The notes under the pieces were generated by a model that saw only the letters and a list, made by a program, of their open reading frames with translations, searched no databases and was not told the origin of the DNA. A program made the position numbers and the translations under genes. A stretch of DNA of 64,000 nucleotides from Polyangiaceae bacterium (GTDB lineage Bacteria; Myxococcota_A; Polyangia; Polyangiales; Polyangiaceae), in NCBI GenBank assembly GCA_965222375.1, contig CBDCTZ010000012.1:608001-672000 (forward strand). The letters run 5' to 3'. Shown piece after piece: positions 18,687 to 29,899 of this stretch (within the stretch, counting starts at the first letter, position 1; each line of letters starts with the position of its first letter).

Positions 18687-21352
18687 CGCGGCGTTGGTCG
18701 GCTCGCCGCGCAATCGTCCAAGGCCTTGCGCTCTGCTGGGTGGCCTCGCCGACGGGGGCCGCTGAACTCACCCCCGCGGCGGACGGAAGCCTTGGGGCTC
18801 TGCTCCTGGCCACTCCCCTCCGAGGCGCCGACGTTCCCCCAGAAGCGTTGGTGCCCAAACGGAATGGTCGAGTGCAGGGCGTGCGCTTCAAGCCAATGAT
18901 CTTCGCCTCGGCACTCCTGAATCTGAGCTCTCGAGTTCCGAAGAAGGGCGTGGCCGTGGTCGGCGGGGCGCTGACGATGCCCGCCGCCAGCCGAGCGCTC
19001 TTCTTGATCAGCACGACAGGCACAGGCGCGCTGTACGTCGACTCCAAGAAAGTCGGCGACCTGTTTTCTGCCGGCCGTGGCGCGGCTTGGCAACCCGTGC
19101 CCATCAACCTCGAGCGGGGGACACGCCCGTTCGCACTGCTGCTGCGTCGAGAGCGCGGCCCGTTGACGCTGAGGATCCGTGTGCTGAGCGCCGTAGATCA
19201 GCGCCCGCTGGCCGGAGTTCGGCTGTTGCTACCCGACGTTCCGCCCACCGCGCTCAGCTCTGGTTGGCTCACGGCGTCCATCGATTCTGGACTGAGCGAG
19301 GGCGGGTACTTCCCGAAGCTCGAGCTGCGCGCTCTGGGAGGAGCGCCGCCGGGCCGAGTGCCCGTGCGCGTCGCGGTGGGTAGCTCCGCAGCAATTGCCC
19401 TCGGCAGCATGGTTGGCTCTCGGGGCGTGCTGCCCTTCGAGGCGCATCTGCCACCGCCGGCAGTCGGTCAAGCCAAGGAAACGTATCGCATCTTCGCTGG
19501 CGACGTTGAACGGCGATTAGAACTCCGAATGCCCCTCCAAGGACCGAAACTGCTTGGTCGCGCGGTGGCGGGGCTGGCCAAATTGACGGGCTCGGCGGGA
19601 AAGTCGTTCAAGCACGCTGAGGTGCTGCGCGCTTCCATTGCGACGAAAGTACGGGATCTGAAGGAAGCGTCATCCCCGCAGGGGATCGGCGTCGCGACCG
19701 CTGCGCTGGCGGCATTCCTCAAGCCCATCGAGGCCGGGCGCGACCCTTTGAAGCTCGTCGGTGTTCACGAACTCGCGCGGCCATCGACTGTCTCGTCCCA
19801 ACCAGATCGCATGCGGCTCCACGTGCCTGCGACTAGGGGCGAGAAGAGGTTGCCGTTGGTCGTGTTGCTCCACGGGATGAACGGGACGCCGAAAGGCATC
19901 ATGGATGCGTTCCTCGACGAGAGTTCTCGGCGAGCAGTCGTGCCGGGGTACGTGTTGGCTCCCCACGCTCACGGCAACGCGTTCTATCGCGGCCCTGGTG
20001 AACGGGAGGTCATGGACGCTGTCGCCTGGGCGCTGGAGACCCTGCCCGTCGATCCAGCTCGAGTCTCGATCACCGGTGTATCCATGGGTGGGACCGGTAC
20101 GGCGCATGTCGCCTTGCGCTATCCAGAGAAGTTCTCCGCGGCGGCGCCGCTATGCGGCTACCACAGCTACTTCGTGCGCCGAGATACCGACAACCGACCG
20201 CTCCGCGACTGGGAGCGCAGTCGAATGCGCCACTGGTCGCCTGCTGAATGGGCGGGTAACGGTTGGGCCACGCCATGGTGGATCGCGCACGGTAAGAAGG
20301 ACTTCCCGCTGGAAAACTCGCGAGTGCTCATTGCTGCGCTCAAGGACCAGTCAGCGGCACTGACCCAGGAATGGCCTGACACGGGTCACGCCGTCTGGGA
20401 GAAAACCTATGCGGGCGCGCGACTGTTTCCGTGGCTGGCTGGCAAGACCGCCCGCCGCCTCCCAAAGCGTGTTGTCATCATGACGGACAGCTACCGCTAC
20501 GCGAAGCGGCAATGGCTTGCGATCACTCGCTTGGGTCGTCCCGGTACCATGGCAACGGTTGACGCGACGCTGGAACCAGACGCGCTTCGAATTCAAACCA
20601 AGAACGTGAACGGTTTGGCCGTCGATCGCAAGCAGCTCCCGCAAGCTGCGCCGCGCAGCGTACGAATCGACGGCCAGTCTCTAGCCTGGCGGGAGGGAAC
20701 GCTGGAGCTGACCCATTCCACGTCCGGATCGTGGTCTCTTGGAGCCAATCACCCCGGCCCTGGTGAAAAGCGGCTGGGTGCTGAGGGCCCGATCCGTGAC
20801 GTGTTCAATGGCCCGGTGGTTTTCAGCTACGGCACTCGAGACCGGGCCTCGGGTCGGGCGGCCAAAGAGGTTGCAGAGGCTTGGGCGGCGCGTTTCGGCG
20901 CCGAGGCAAAGTACGCGGTCGTCCCAGACTTCGCGCTTGTCGCCGATAGGGTCCGCGACGTGCACTTGGTTCTGGTTGGGACCCCGGATAGTCACGCTTG
21001 GCTACGCCGGCACGGCTCGTCGCTGCCTGTGCGGACGGAGATGGGAGCGCTCAAGATCGGAACTCGCGACTTCCCGGGTCCGGGAGTGGGCGCTGTCTTC
21101 ATCGCTCAGAGTCCCTTCCGTCGCGACCGCTCCTGGTTGGTGATCACTGCAAGAGACGCCGCGGGCCTGTACCTTTCGAGATCCCTGCCGGCGCTTCTGC
21201 CCGACTACATCGTGTTCGATGAGCGGGTCGCGGCTGCCGCGGGGGAACAGGTGCTAGGAGAGACACCGGTGCTCGCTGCCGGATTCTGGGATCACGATTT
21301 TCGCCCTTTGCAGCCTCGAGCTGGTGCCGGGGCGCAGGATGGAGGACCGTGA
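18683..21352 (+). CDS. Large secreted multidomain alpha/beta hydrolase (esterase/peptidase S9-like)
   Basis: Signal peptide, PLVVLLHG, nucleophile GVSMGG, HGKKD, GHAVW. Confidence 0.8.
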   Translation: MTRRWSARRAIVQGLALCWVASPTGAAELTPAADGSLGALLLATPLRGADVPPEALVPKRNGRVQGVRFKPMIFASALLNLSSRVPKKGVAVVGGALTMPAASRALFLISTTGTGALYVDSKKVGDLFSAGRGAAWQPVPINLERGTRPFALLLRRERGPLTLRIRVLSAVDQRPLAGVRLLLPDVPPTALSSGWLTASIDSGLSEGGYFPKLELRALGGAPPGRVPVRVAVGSSAAIALGSMVGSRGVLPFEAHLPPPAVGQAKETYRIFAGDVERRLELRMPLQGPKLLGRAVAGLAKLTGSAGKSFKHAEVLRASIATKVRDLKEASSPQGIGVATAALAAFLKPIEAGRDPLKLVGVHELARPSTVSSQPDRMRLHVPATRGEKRLPLVVLLHGMNGTPKGIMDAFLDESSRRAVVPGYVLAPHAHGNAFYRGPGEREVMDAVAWALETLPVDPARVSITGVSMGGTGTAHVALRYPEKFSAAAPLCGYHSYFVRRDTDNRPLRDWERSRMRHWSPAEWAGNGWATPWWIAHGKKDFPLENSRVLIAALKDQSAALTQEWPDTGHAVWEKTYAGARLFPWLAGKTARRLPKRVVIMTDSYRYAKRQWLAITRLGRPGTMATVDATLEPDALRIQTKNVNGLAVDRKQLPQAAPRSVRIDGQSLAWREGTLELTHSTSGSWSLGANHPGPGEKRLGAEGPIRDVFNGPVVFSYGTRDRASGRAAKEVAEAWAARFGAEAKYAVVPDFALVADRVRDVHLVLVGTPDSHAWLRRHGSSLPVRTEMGALKIGTRDFPGPGVGAVFIAQSPFRRDRSWLVITARDAAGLYLSRSLPALLPDYIVFDERVAAAAGEQVLGETPVLAAGFWDHDFRPLQPRAGAGAQDGGP

Positions 21353-22209
21353 GTCCGGGTATCCCTTATCTCGAACTGCCGGATTGGGAACTGCTGAAGG
21401 CTGGCGCGCTGGGCAATGGCTTTCCCCCGGCTCCGGTGGCGATCAAACCCTTCGGCACTCTAGTCGCAGTGGGAGCCTACTTGGGTGCGTATCTGGCGGT
21501 CCGCTACGGTCGACGCCTTGGCTTTGACGAGAAGAGTCTCGTTTCATTCATCCTCTGGGTTGCCGTGGGCGGGTTTGTGGGCGGTCATTTCTTCGACACG
21601 CTCTTTTACTTCCCGGACCGCGTTCGGGAAGATCCGCTTTCCCTTTTGCGGCTTTGGGAAGGCCTATCGAGTTTCGGTGGCTTTCTAGGCGCCGGGCTAG
21701 GCGCGCTGGGCTGGCGCTGGCGAACGGGATCGCCGCTCATGCCCTACATGGATGTCGTGGCCAGCGCCTTCCCAACAGCCTGGGTTTTTGGCCGTGCCGG
21801 CTGCACCTTCGCCCACGATCACCCAGGCCGCTACAGTGACGCTTGGGTTGCGGTGCAATATCCAGACGGCGGACGCTTCGATCTCGGCATGTACGAGATG
21901 CTGCTCACGCTCCCTCTTGCGGTCGCGTTTCTGCTCTTGCGCCGCCAACCGCGACCCTGGGGTTTTTTCATGGGCCTGATGTGCGTCAGCTATCCGCCCA
22001 TTCGTTTCAGCTTGGACTTTCTCCGTGCCAGGGACTTGCGCATATCCGACGAGCTCTACTTGGGCCTAACTCCCGCCCAGTGGGCATCGGCCTGCCTATT
22101 CGCGTTCGGGGCGGTGGTGCTGTTTCGCGCCCTCGAGGCGGCCGGCGACCAAGCAGCCTGGAAAGTGCCTCGGCCCAAGCGTGGCCGGGCTGCAGGATCA
22201 CGCGCGTAG
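21349..22209 (+). CDS. lgt: Prolipoprotein diacylglyceryl transferase family protein (divergent Lgt)
   Basis: Multi-TM protein with WEGLSSFGGF, FGRAGC, GMYE, RFSLDFLR, GLTPAQW. Confidence 0.8.
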   Translation: MSPGIPYLELPDWELLKAGALGNGFPPAPVAIKPFGTLVAVGAYLGAYLAVRYGRRLGFDEKSLVSFILWVAVGGFVGGHFFDTLFYFPDRVREDPLSLLRLWEGLSSFGGFLGAGLGALGWRWRTGSPLMPYMDVVASAFPTAWVFGRAGCTFAHDHPGRYSDAWVAVQYPDGGRFDLGMYEMLLTLPLAVAFLLLRRQPRPWGFFMGLMCVSYPPIRFSLDFLRARDLRISDELYLGLTPAQWASACLFAFGAVVLFRALEAAGDQAAWKVPRPKRGRAAGSRA

Positions 22210-23124
22210 TTGAATCGCCGCCGGGGCGACCGTCGCGATCAAGGGCAAACGCCCCGGTGTTTCGCCATCCATATCGATCAGTACTTCGTCACCGTCCACG
22301 ACGGGCTCGGCTTCGACGCGCGCGCCGCGGGTGATCGACACCCCCGGGCTAGTTATGTGGTTGCCCCCATAGATCTTCGACGAAAGCGCAATCACTTTGG
22401 CTCGGGGCATGCTCGCGAGTGCGACTACATCGAACTTACCATCTGCGGGATCCGCATCCGGCGCGATCATCATGCCGCCGCCGAAGAAGCGCCCATTGGC
22501 GACAGCTACGTTGAAAATCGGGACTTCGAGCCAGGGCTCTCCATCTACGACGATGCGCGTGGGTACATCGCGATACGCGATCATTGCGCGTAGCGTTCCC
22601 AAGAAGAACGCTGCACGGCCACCCATCCATTTCGGGCTCGAGTTCACGATCCGATCCGTGAGGCCGCCAATGCCGAAGCTCGTGATGTTCACGAATGCCT
22701 TCGTCTCGCGAGCGCCGTCGTGGGCAGTCACGTCGAGGATTCCGAGGTCCAGCGGGCGTGGTTTGGACTGGGCGATGCGTTCGGCCGCCTCGTCCACATC
22801 GTCGGGCAGGCCGAAAGTCTTGCGGAAGTCACCGCCGGTGCCTGAGGGGATCAGCGCCAGCTCCGGGCCCGGCTGGGCCTTCCCGTCGCTGCCCAGGTAT
22901 GCCTGACAAGCCTCATTGAAAGTGCCGTCACCGCCCACGAGGGCGACGCAGTCGATGCCCTCAGCGTGCGCCTCTTTGAGGCAGCGGGCGGCGTCCCCGG
23001 GCCCGCGAGTCTGCACGACGTCGTGCTGCAGGCCGTGTCGCCGCAGAGCCGCGGAAATTGCGCCTACCTTGCGGCCGGCCCGTCCTCCGCCTGCCTTGGG
23101 GTTTACCACCATTCGTAGCTGCAT
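22198..23124 (-). CDS. Diacylglycerol/lipid kinase family protein (YegS/BmrU-like)
   Basis: VNPKAGGG, GGDGT, PSGTGGDF, NGRFFGGG, DGE. Confidence 0.93.
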   Translation of the reverse strand: MQLRMVVNPKAGGGRAGRKVGAISAALRRHGLQHDVVQTRGPGDAARCLKEAHAEGIDCVALVGGDGTFNEACQAYLGSDGKAQPGPELALIPSGTGGDFRKTFGLPDDVDEAAERIAQSKPRPLDLGILDVTAHDGARETKAFVNITSFGIGGLTDRIVNSSPKWMGGRAAFFLGTLRAMIAYRDVPTRIVVDGEPWLEVPIFNVAVANGRFFGGGMMIAPDADPADGKFDVVALASMPRAKVIALSSKIYGGNHITSPGVSITRGARVEAEPVVDGDEVLIDMDGETPGRLPLIATVAPAAIQLRA

Positions 23125-23290
23125 TGTCCAAGGGCACCATCGCACGAGGATAGGGCATGGGGAACCTCCTGCGGCAGCCCTGGCCCATGGGGCTCAATCC
23201 GCGGACTTGAACCGGAATCACTCGGGAGGTACCGTTTTTTTCCGGCCCGCTCTGGGCCGGACTCCCTGACCACCAAGGAATACCGTTTTC

Positions 23291-24118
23291 ATGTCGACCC
23301 AGGATGAGCGCAAGCTCTTCGTAGCTGGCTTGCCCGAGTCCATTAACGAAGACGCGCTACGGCAACTCTTCGAAGCGGCGGGCACTACCGTCGTGGATGT
23401 TTCACTTCCGCGCCACCGAGATACCGGCAAGCCACGCGGTTTCGGATTCGTGACGCTAGGTAGCGCGGAAGAAGCCAGCACTGCACGAGGTGCACTCGAC
23501 GGTTCGCTTCAGTCGGGACGCTCCATTTCCGTTCGTCCCTTCAAGGCGGAACCGCCCAAGCGCGAGGGCGGTCCCGGTGGCGGTCCCCCGGCACAGGACC
23601 GAACGTTATACGTGGGCAATTTGCCCTTTGATGCTACCCAGAGCGAGGTCGAGGAACTCATCGTGTCTACCGGTGCGGGCGCAGTGAATCGGGTGCACTT
23701 GCCAACTGGGCCAGATGGTCGTGCTCGAGGTTTTGGGTTTGTCACGATGGAAAGTAACGAAGCTGCCAACGCCGCGATCGTTGCGCTCAGGGACAAGGAA
23801 CTAAAAGGTCGTCGGCTGATGGTGAACATCGCCCATCCACGCGGCGAGCGCCCGTCGGGTGGTGGCGATCGTCCGCCACCTCGTCGAGATGACGGTGCTC
23901 CCCCCAGGAGTTTCGACGGCGGCGGTGGGTTCCCACCGTCGGGCGGATTCGACGGCGGGCCTCCAGCACGCCCGGACGGTGGGCGTCGCGAGCGCTGGGC
24001 CGACAAGCCCGAGAACAAGAAAAAGAAGAAGAAGCGGGGCCGCTCGGATCGGACCGAGGCGTCGCCTAAGCGAGGCCGGTCCAACCCCAAACAGTGGAAA
24101 GACTGGGAGGACGACTAG
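23291..24118 (+). CDS. RNA-binding protein with two RRM domains and Gly/Pro/Arg-rich tail
   Basis: Two RNP2/RNP1 pairs: LFVAGL with RGFGFV, and LYVGNL with RGFGFV. Confidence 0.92.
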   Translation: MSTQDERKLFVAGLPESINEDALRQLFEAAGTTVVDVSLPRHRDTGKPRGFGFVTLGSAEEASTARGALDGSLQSGRSISVRPFKAEPPKREGGPGGGPPAQDRTLYVGNLPFDATQSEVEELIVSTGAGAVNRVHLPTGPDGRARGFGFVTMESNEAANAAIVALRDKELKGRRLMVNIAHPRGERPSGGGDRPPPRRDDGAPPRSFDGGGGFPPSGGFDGGPPARPDGGRRERWADKPENKKKKKKRGRSDRTEASPKRGRSNPKQWKDWEDD

Positions 24119-24293
24119 GCCGCCCGCTGCCTGAGCCCCATATCCCTGAAACTAGTAGGGTTTTCCGCGAGCCTCCGCCCGTCCAATCCGCTCGCCGGCC
24201 TACGGGCCGGAATTGGCGCCACTCTCGATTGCGCCCGCCACGACGTGCATGCTACTTAGGGCCCCTTCGTGCTGGCGTAACCGCAGGGGTTAA

Positions 24294-25373
<1,080 letters not shown>

Positions 25374-25433
25374 ATGTGAGGCCGCGGCACGCGGCTCGGG
25401 CCGAGCGTTCTTCGATCGACGTTGGTTGGCGCC

Positions 25434-26309
25434 GTGGGCTCGTTCAAACGCTATCGAGATATCGCAATCGTGGTTCTGCTGCTTGCGGTCCCATTCTTCT
25501 TCCTCCGCGCCTCCATTCGGCGACCGGAGGAAATGAGCGTGGTCGATCGCGCAATCATGCGCGTGGCGGCGCCTCTCGAATACGCTTCTGCAGCATTGGC
25601 GAGGGGGTTGTCCTCACTGATCGGCGACTACGTCTATTTGGTTGACGTCCGTGCTGACAACGACAAGTTGGCCTACGAGAACGCTCGTCTTCGAGCGGAG
25701 GTTCGGAGACTCAAGATCCAGGAAGCCGAGAACCTACGGCTGCGGCGCTTGCTCAATCTTCGGGAGACCATTGATCAGGAAACCGTCAGTGCGGTGGTGG
25801 TTGCCAAAGACACCACTGAGTTCTTTCGGGTAGCGCACCTAACCCTGGACAATCCAGGCGCGGTAGTGCGACCCGGCATGCCGGTGCTTTCTCTGGACGG
25901 GACCGTGGGTACTGTGTTGCGTGTGTCCGGGGAGAAAGTCGACGTGCAATTGACCGTCGATAGCGGTTTCGGCGTGGACGTGGTTGTCGAACGCACTGGC
26001 GCGCGGGGATTCATTCGAGGGGTTGGGGATCGCTCCAAGTATGCGTTGCGGGTCGAATACGTGCAGCGAACTGACGAGGTTGAAGAGGGGGACGTCGTTT
26101 CCACGAGTGGTGTGGGATGCCGCTTCCCCAAGGGGCAGCCGGTCGCGCGGGTTTCCAAAGTGATCAAGCGGGATTTCGGTATGTATCAAACCGTCGAAGC
26201 CCAACCGACTGTAGATTTTTCGCGTTTGGAAGAAGCTCTGATCGTTCTGACGGATGAGAAGGACTGCGAGCGCGGCGCCAGCACGCGCCGCACGCGCGCT
26301 CAACGGTGA
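25434..26309 (+). CDS. mreC: Rod shape-determining protein MreC
   Basis: N-terminal TM, coiled coil (ENLRLRRLL), GDVVSTSG...FPKG, and position after mreB. Start approximate. Confidence 0.93.
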   Translation: MGSFKRYRDIAIVVLLLAVPFFFLRASIRRPEEMSVVDRAIMRVAAPLEYASAALARGLSSLIGDYVYLVDVRADNDKLAYENARLRAEVRRLKIQEAENLRLRRLLNLRETIDQETVSAVVVAKDTTEFFRVAHLTLDNPGAVVRPGMPVLSLDGTVGTVLRVSGEKVDVQLTVDSGFGVDVVVERTGARGFIRGVGDRSKYALRVEYVQRTDEVEEGDVVSTSGVGCRFPKGQPVARVSKVIKRDFGMYQTVEAQPTVDFSRLEEALIVLTDEKDCERGASTRRTRAQR

Positions 26310-26312
26310 GCC

Positions 26313-26840
26313 ATGCGCAACATCGCGTTCATAGCCGTTAGCTTCTTTCTACTGCTGATTCAGGCGAACGTTTACCGGCTTGTCGGTAGCTTGGGTTTAC
26401 ATGGCATCACGCCGAGCCTGGTTCTGCCGTTGATCATTTTCCTTGGTGTGCACGAGTCGAGCATGCTGCGCGGTGCCGGGCTGGCGTTCGTGGTGGGCTA
26501 CCTTTTGGACATCATGGCCTCGGCGCCGCCCGGACTGTTCACCTTCGTGTCGGTCGCGGTATGGCTGGTTTCGCGGATCGCCGGAGTGCGCTTGACCACG
26601 CAGACCATCCTCACTCGGATGAGCCTGGCATTCGGCTTCGCGGTCGTCGAGGCTTTCATCGTGCTGACCCTGTTGGCGATCTTTGGGGCTGACACGCGCC
26701 GCCCCCTGGAGATGCTCAGCTTGATTCTGCCCCGCGCGGCCAGCACGGCCGTGTGCGCCCCCTTCGTGTTCTCCATTGCTCAGCGGCTCCATCAGAGCGC
26801 GGTGCCTGGGCAGACCTCCGCGGAGGCGGCGCGGACATGA
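26313..26840 (+). CDS. mreD: Rod shape-determining protein MreD
   Basis: 175-aa hydrophobic protein with GYLLD, located between mreC and mrdA. Confidence 0.88.
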   Translation: MRNIAFIAVSFFLLLIQANVYRLVGSLGLHGITPSLVLPLIIFLGVHESSMLRGAGLAFVVGYLLDIMASAPPGLFTFVSVAVWLVSRIAGVRLTTQTILTRMSLAFGFAVVEAFIVLTLLAIFGADTRRPLEMLSLILPRAASTAVCAPFVFSIAQRLHQSAVPGQTSAEAART

Positions 26841-28765
26841 CGATCTTGGTGCAACGCTCGGACGTCGGGGAGTTTCGCAAACGCTACCGGTGGATTGTCC
26901 TGATCCTGTTGCTCAGCTTCTTGGGGCTGCTTGCGAGGCTGGCGCAGTTGCAATTGGTGGATGGCGAGCTGCACCGCGCCCAGGCGCGGCGAAACATCGT
27001 CGGAGAGCTGACCCTGGCGACGACTCGGGGCGTCATTCGCGATGCCTATGGCAAGGTGCTGGCAGCCAACCGGCCTAGCTACAACGTGTACGTCGTGCCT
27101 GGCTTGATCAACCTGGAGCGCACGTGGCCGCGCGTGGTCCAGCTCATGGACCTCGAAAAAGCCGAGGCTGAGGAACTTCGCGGGCGCGTCGTCGAGTTGC
27201 GCGGGGCCGACGGCAACCGACCGATGCAACAAACACTGTTGAAGGTCGACGTGGACCGAGACGTGGTTGGGCGGCTGAAGACCAACGAGCGTTCCTTGCG
27301 CGGCGTTGAAGTCGCTCCCGCACCGGTTCGCTATTACCCCTTTGGGGAGCTGGGTGCGCATCTCATCGGCTACATGCGAGAGATCGATCCGGAAACGCTA
27401 TCCCGGCTCGAGGGTCGCGGATACCGCGCGGGAGATCGACTCGGCGCCATCGGGGTGGAGCGCCGCTGGGAGAGCTACCTCCAGGGGCGCCGCGGATGGC
27501 GCAAAGTGCTGCGCGGCTCGAACCGCCGTCGCAGCCAGGAGGGCTTGGAGCCGAAGTACCTGGAGGAGCCGAGGCGCTTGGAGCCGGAGCCGGGTCGTGA
27601 CGTCTCCCTCACGATGGACATCGAGTTGGAGCGCTCCATCGAGAAGGCGATGCGCGGTCAGCTTGCCGGAGCCGTTGTCGTCGTGGACGTGCGCACCGGG
27701 CGGCTCTTGGCGGCTTTGAGCAAGCCGAGCTTCGACCCCAACGTCGTCTCCGGCGGAAGAGGCAAGAGGGCTGTGCGCGAGACATTTCGCCGCCTGTACT
27801 CGGATCCGCTGATACCGACGCTGGACAAGACTATTTCTGCGGCATATCCACCGGGGTCCACCTACAAGCCCTTTAGCGCCCTGGCTGCGCTGGCGGACAA
27901 GCTCATCACGCCGCGGCAACAAGTGGATTGCCGAGGGGGCTACGAATACGGGCGCCGGTACTTCCGATGCACCGGCATTCACCGGCACGTGAATTTGCAC
28001 GAGGCGGTCGTGCGGTCCTGCAACACCTATTTCTATACGGTTGGTGAGCGGATCCACATCGACCGCCTGGCGCGGATCGGCATGGATTTCGGCTTGGGCA
28101 CCAAGACCGGCATCGGCGTCAACCCTGAGGCCCGCGGCCGCATGCCAACTCGGAGTTGGTACACGCGTCGCTACAAGGGGGCGTTCCGAGGCGGTTTTAC
28201 CCTTCTGGCCGCCATCGGTCAGGGTGCCTCCACGGTCACGGTGATGCAGCTGGCGCTCGCCTACGGTGCGCTGGCCAACGGTGGAACCCTGTACCAACCT
28301 CAGGTCGTCCGCAGCATCGAGACCAGCGACGGCACGGTGGTTCAAGAGTTTCCACCCCGAGTCCGTCGTAGCGTGAACGTAGATCCAGACCACTTGGCGC
28401 GCATCAACCGGGGCCTGGCTGGTGTGGTGGTCGAGCGTGAAGGCACTGCCTTCGATGCGAACTTGTCCGGCGTGGACATGGCCGGAAAGACCGGTACAGC
28501 TCAGGTCAGCCACGTCACGCCACGAGGCGTCGACCCATCGAAGGTCTGGTACTTCAATCGGGATCACGCCTGGTTTGCGGGCTACGCACCGGCCAACTCG
28601 CCAGAAATAGCGATCGTCGTGCTGGTTGAACACGGCGGGCCTGGCGGCAAATTCGCGGTGCCGATCGCCTCGCGTATCGTGCGGGACTGGCAAAAACTAT
28701 CCGAGAAGCGCCTCTCGGCTCGCTCCGGCGCGACCCGTCGTAAACCGAAACGGAGCACCCTCTGA
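26837..28765 (+). CDS. mrdA: Penicillin-binding protein 2
   Basis: PGSTYK (SxxK), SCN (SxN), KTG, DHAWF. ATG 26837 gives an ATGA overlap with mreD. Confidence 0.96.
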   Translation: MTILVQRSDVGEFRKRYRWIVLILLLSFLGLLARLAQLQLVDGELHRAQARRNIVGELTLATTRGVIRDAYGKVLAANRPSYNVYVVPGLINLERTWPRVVQLMDLEKAEAEELRGRVVELRGADGNRPMQQTLLKVDVDRDVVGRLKTNERSLRGVEVAPAPVRYYPFGELGAHLIGYMREIDPETLSRLEGRGYRAGDRLGAIGVERRWESYLQGRRGWRKVLRGSNRRRSQEGLEPKYLEEPRRLEPEPGRDVSLTMDIELERSIEKAMRGQLAGAVVVVDVRTGRLLAALSKPSFDPNVVSGGRGKRAVRETFRRLYSDPLIPTLDKTISAAYPPGSTYKPFSALAALADKLITPRQQVDCRGGYEYGRRYFRCTGIHRHVNLHEAVVRSCNTYFYTVGERIHIDRLARIGMDFGLGTKTGIGVNPEARGRMPTRSWYTRRYKGAFRGGFTLLAAIGQGASTVTVMQLALAYGALANGGTLYQPQVVRSIETSDGTVVQEFPPRVRRSVNVDPDHLARINRGLAGVVVEREGTAFDANLSGVDMAGKTGTAQVSHVTPRGVDPSKVWYFNRDHAWFAGYAPANSPEIAIVVLVEHGGPGGKFAVPIASRIVRDWQKLSEKRLSARSGATRRKPKRSTL

Positions 28766-29883
28766 TGCGCAGGGATCGAATCGGCTTTCGAAGCGGCATG
28801 CAGGTCGACATGCCGTTGTTGCTCTGCATCGTGGTCATAGCCACGCTTGGAGTGGTGAATCTGTACAGCGCCACCAGCGTGTACATCGATGCCGGAAAGC
28901 GTGCCGGGTTGGCGGACATCTACGTGTCCCAGGTGTACTGGATTGTGGTTGGCGGGTTGCTGGCAATTGCCGTCGCAGCCATCGACTACCGCCACTTCGA
29001 GCGACTCGCGTACTTCCTCTACGCGGGCGGTATTGTCTCGCTGGGACTCGTCTTCGCGATTGGCGCTGATATTCGGGGTTCTTCGCGGTGGATCCAGCTG
29101 GGCAGCTTCACCTTCCAGCCCAGTGAGTTCATGAAGATCCTGGTGGTGCTTGCCGTCGCGAAGTTTCTGCACGACGACGCTCGCACCGAACCCAGAACCC
29201 TTTTCGACTTGGCACCCGCTCTGCTTCTGACCGGGCTGCCGGTCGCCTTGGTCATGGCCCAACCGGACTTGGGCACGTCCTTGGTGATCATGCTGACCGT
29301 GGGCACGGTCCTGGCGATGGTGAAAATCCGTCGTCGCAGTCTGCTGACCTTGGCGCTAGCGTCGGTTGCGCTGCCGCCGTTGTTTTGGCGCTACCTGATG
29401 CGGGACTATCAAAAAGCTCGTATCACCAGCTTTCTCGATCCCGAAGGTGACAAGACCGGAACCGGCTGGCACGCACTTCAGTCCAAGACCGCAATTGGCA
29501 ACGGCGGCCTTTCTGGCGAAGGCTTCATGCAGGGCACGCAGAATCAGTTCGGCTTCTTGCCGGATCAACATTCGGATTTCCCCTTTGCTGTCTTCGCCGA
29601 GGACTGGGGTTTCGCTGGAAGTGCGGTGCTGCTCGGTGTGTATTGCTTCCTTTGCATCTGGGCGGTGCACGTCGCGTCCCAGTCAAAGGATCGTTTTGGC
29701 GCCGCAGTTGCCATCGGCATTGGCGCGCTGGTGTTCTGGCACACTGCATTCAACGTGGGGATGGCCATGGGGATCCTACCCGTCGTTGGGATAACGTTGC
29801 CCCTCTTCTCATACGGTGGTTCGAGCGTCGTGACGATGCTGGTTGGTCTCGGCCTCCTGATGAACGTCTCGATGAGGCGCTGA
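28765..29883 (+). CDS. rodA: SEDS peptidoglycan glycosyltransferase RodA
   Basis: QPSEFMK, QPDLGT, LPDQHSDF, LPLFSYGGSS. Confidence 0.97.
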   Translation: MRRDRIGFRSGMQVDMPLLLCIVVIATLGVVNLYSATSVYIDAGKRAGLADIYVSQVYWIVVGGLLAIAVAAIDYRHFERLAYFLYAGGIVSLGLVFAIGADIRGSSRWIQLGSFTFQPSEFMKILVVLAVAKFLHDDARTEPRTLFDLAPALLLTGLPVALVMAQPDLGTSLVIMLTVGTVLAMVKIRRRSLLTLALASVALPPLFWRYLMRDYQKARITSFLDPEGDKTGTGWHALQSKTAIGNGGLSGEGFMQGTQNQFGFLPDQHSDFPFAVFAEDWGFAGSAVLLGVYCFLCIWAVHVASQSKDRFGAAVAIGIGALVFWHTAFNVGMAMGILPVVGITLPLFSYGGSSVVTMLVGLGLLMNVSMRR

Positions 29884-29899
29884 CGCGTGAGGGGTAGAT

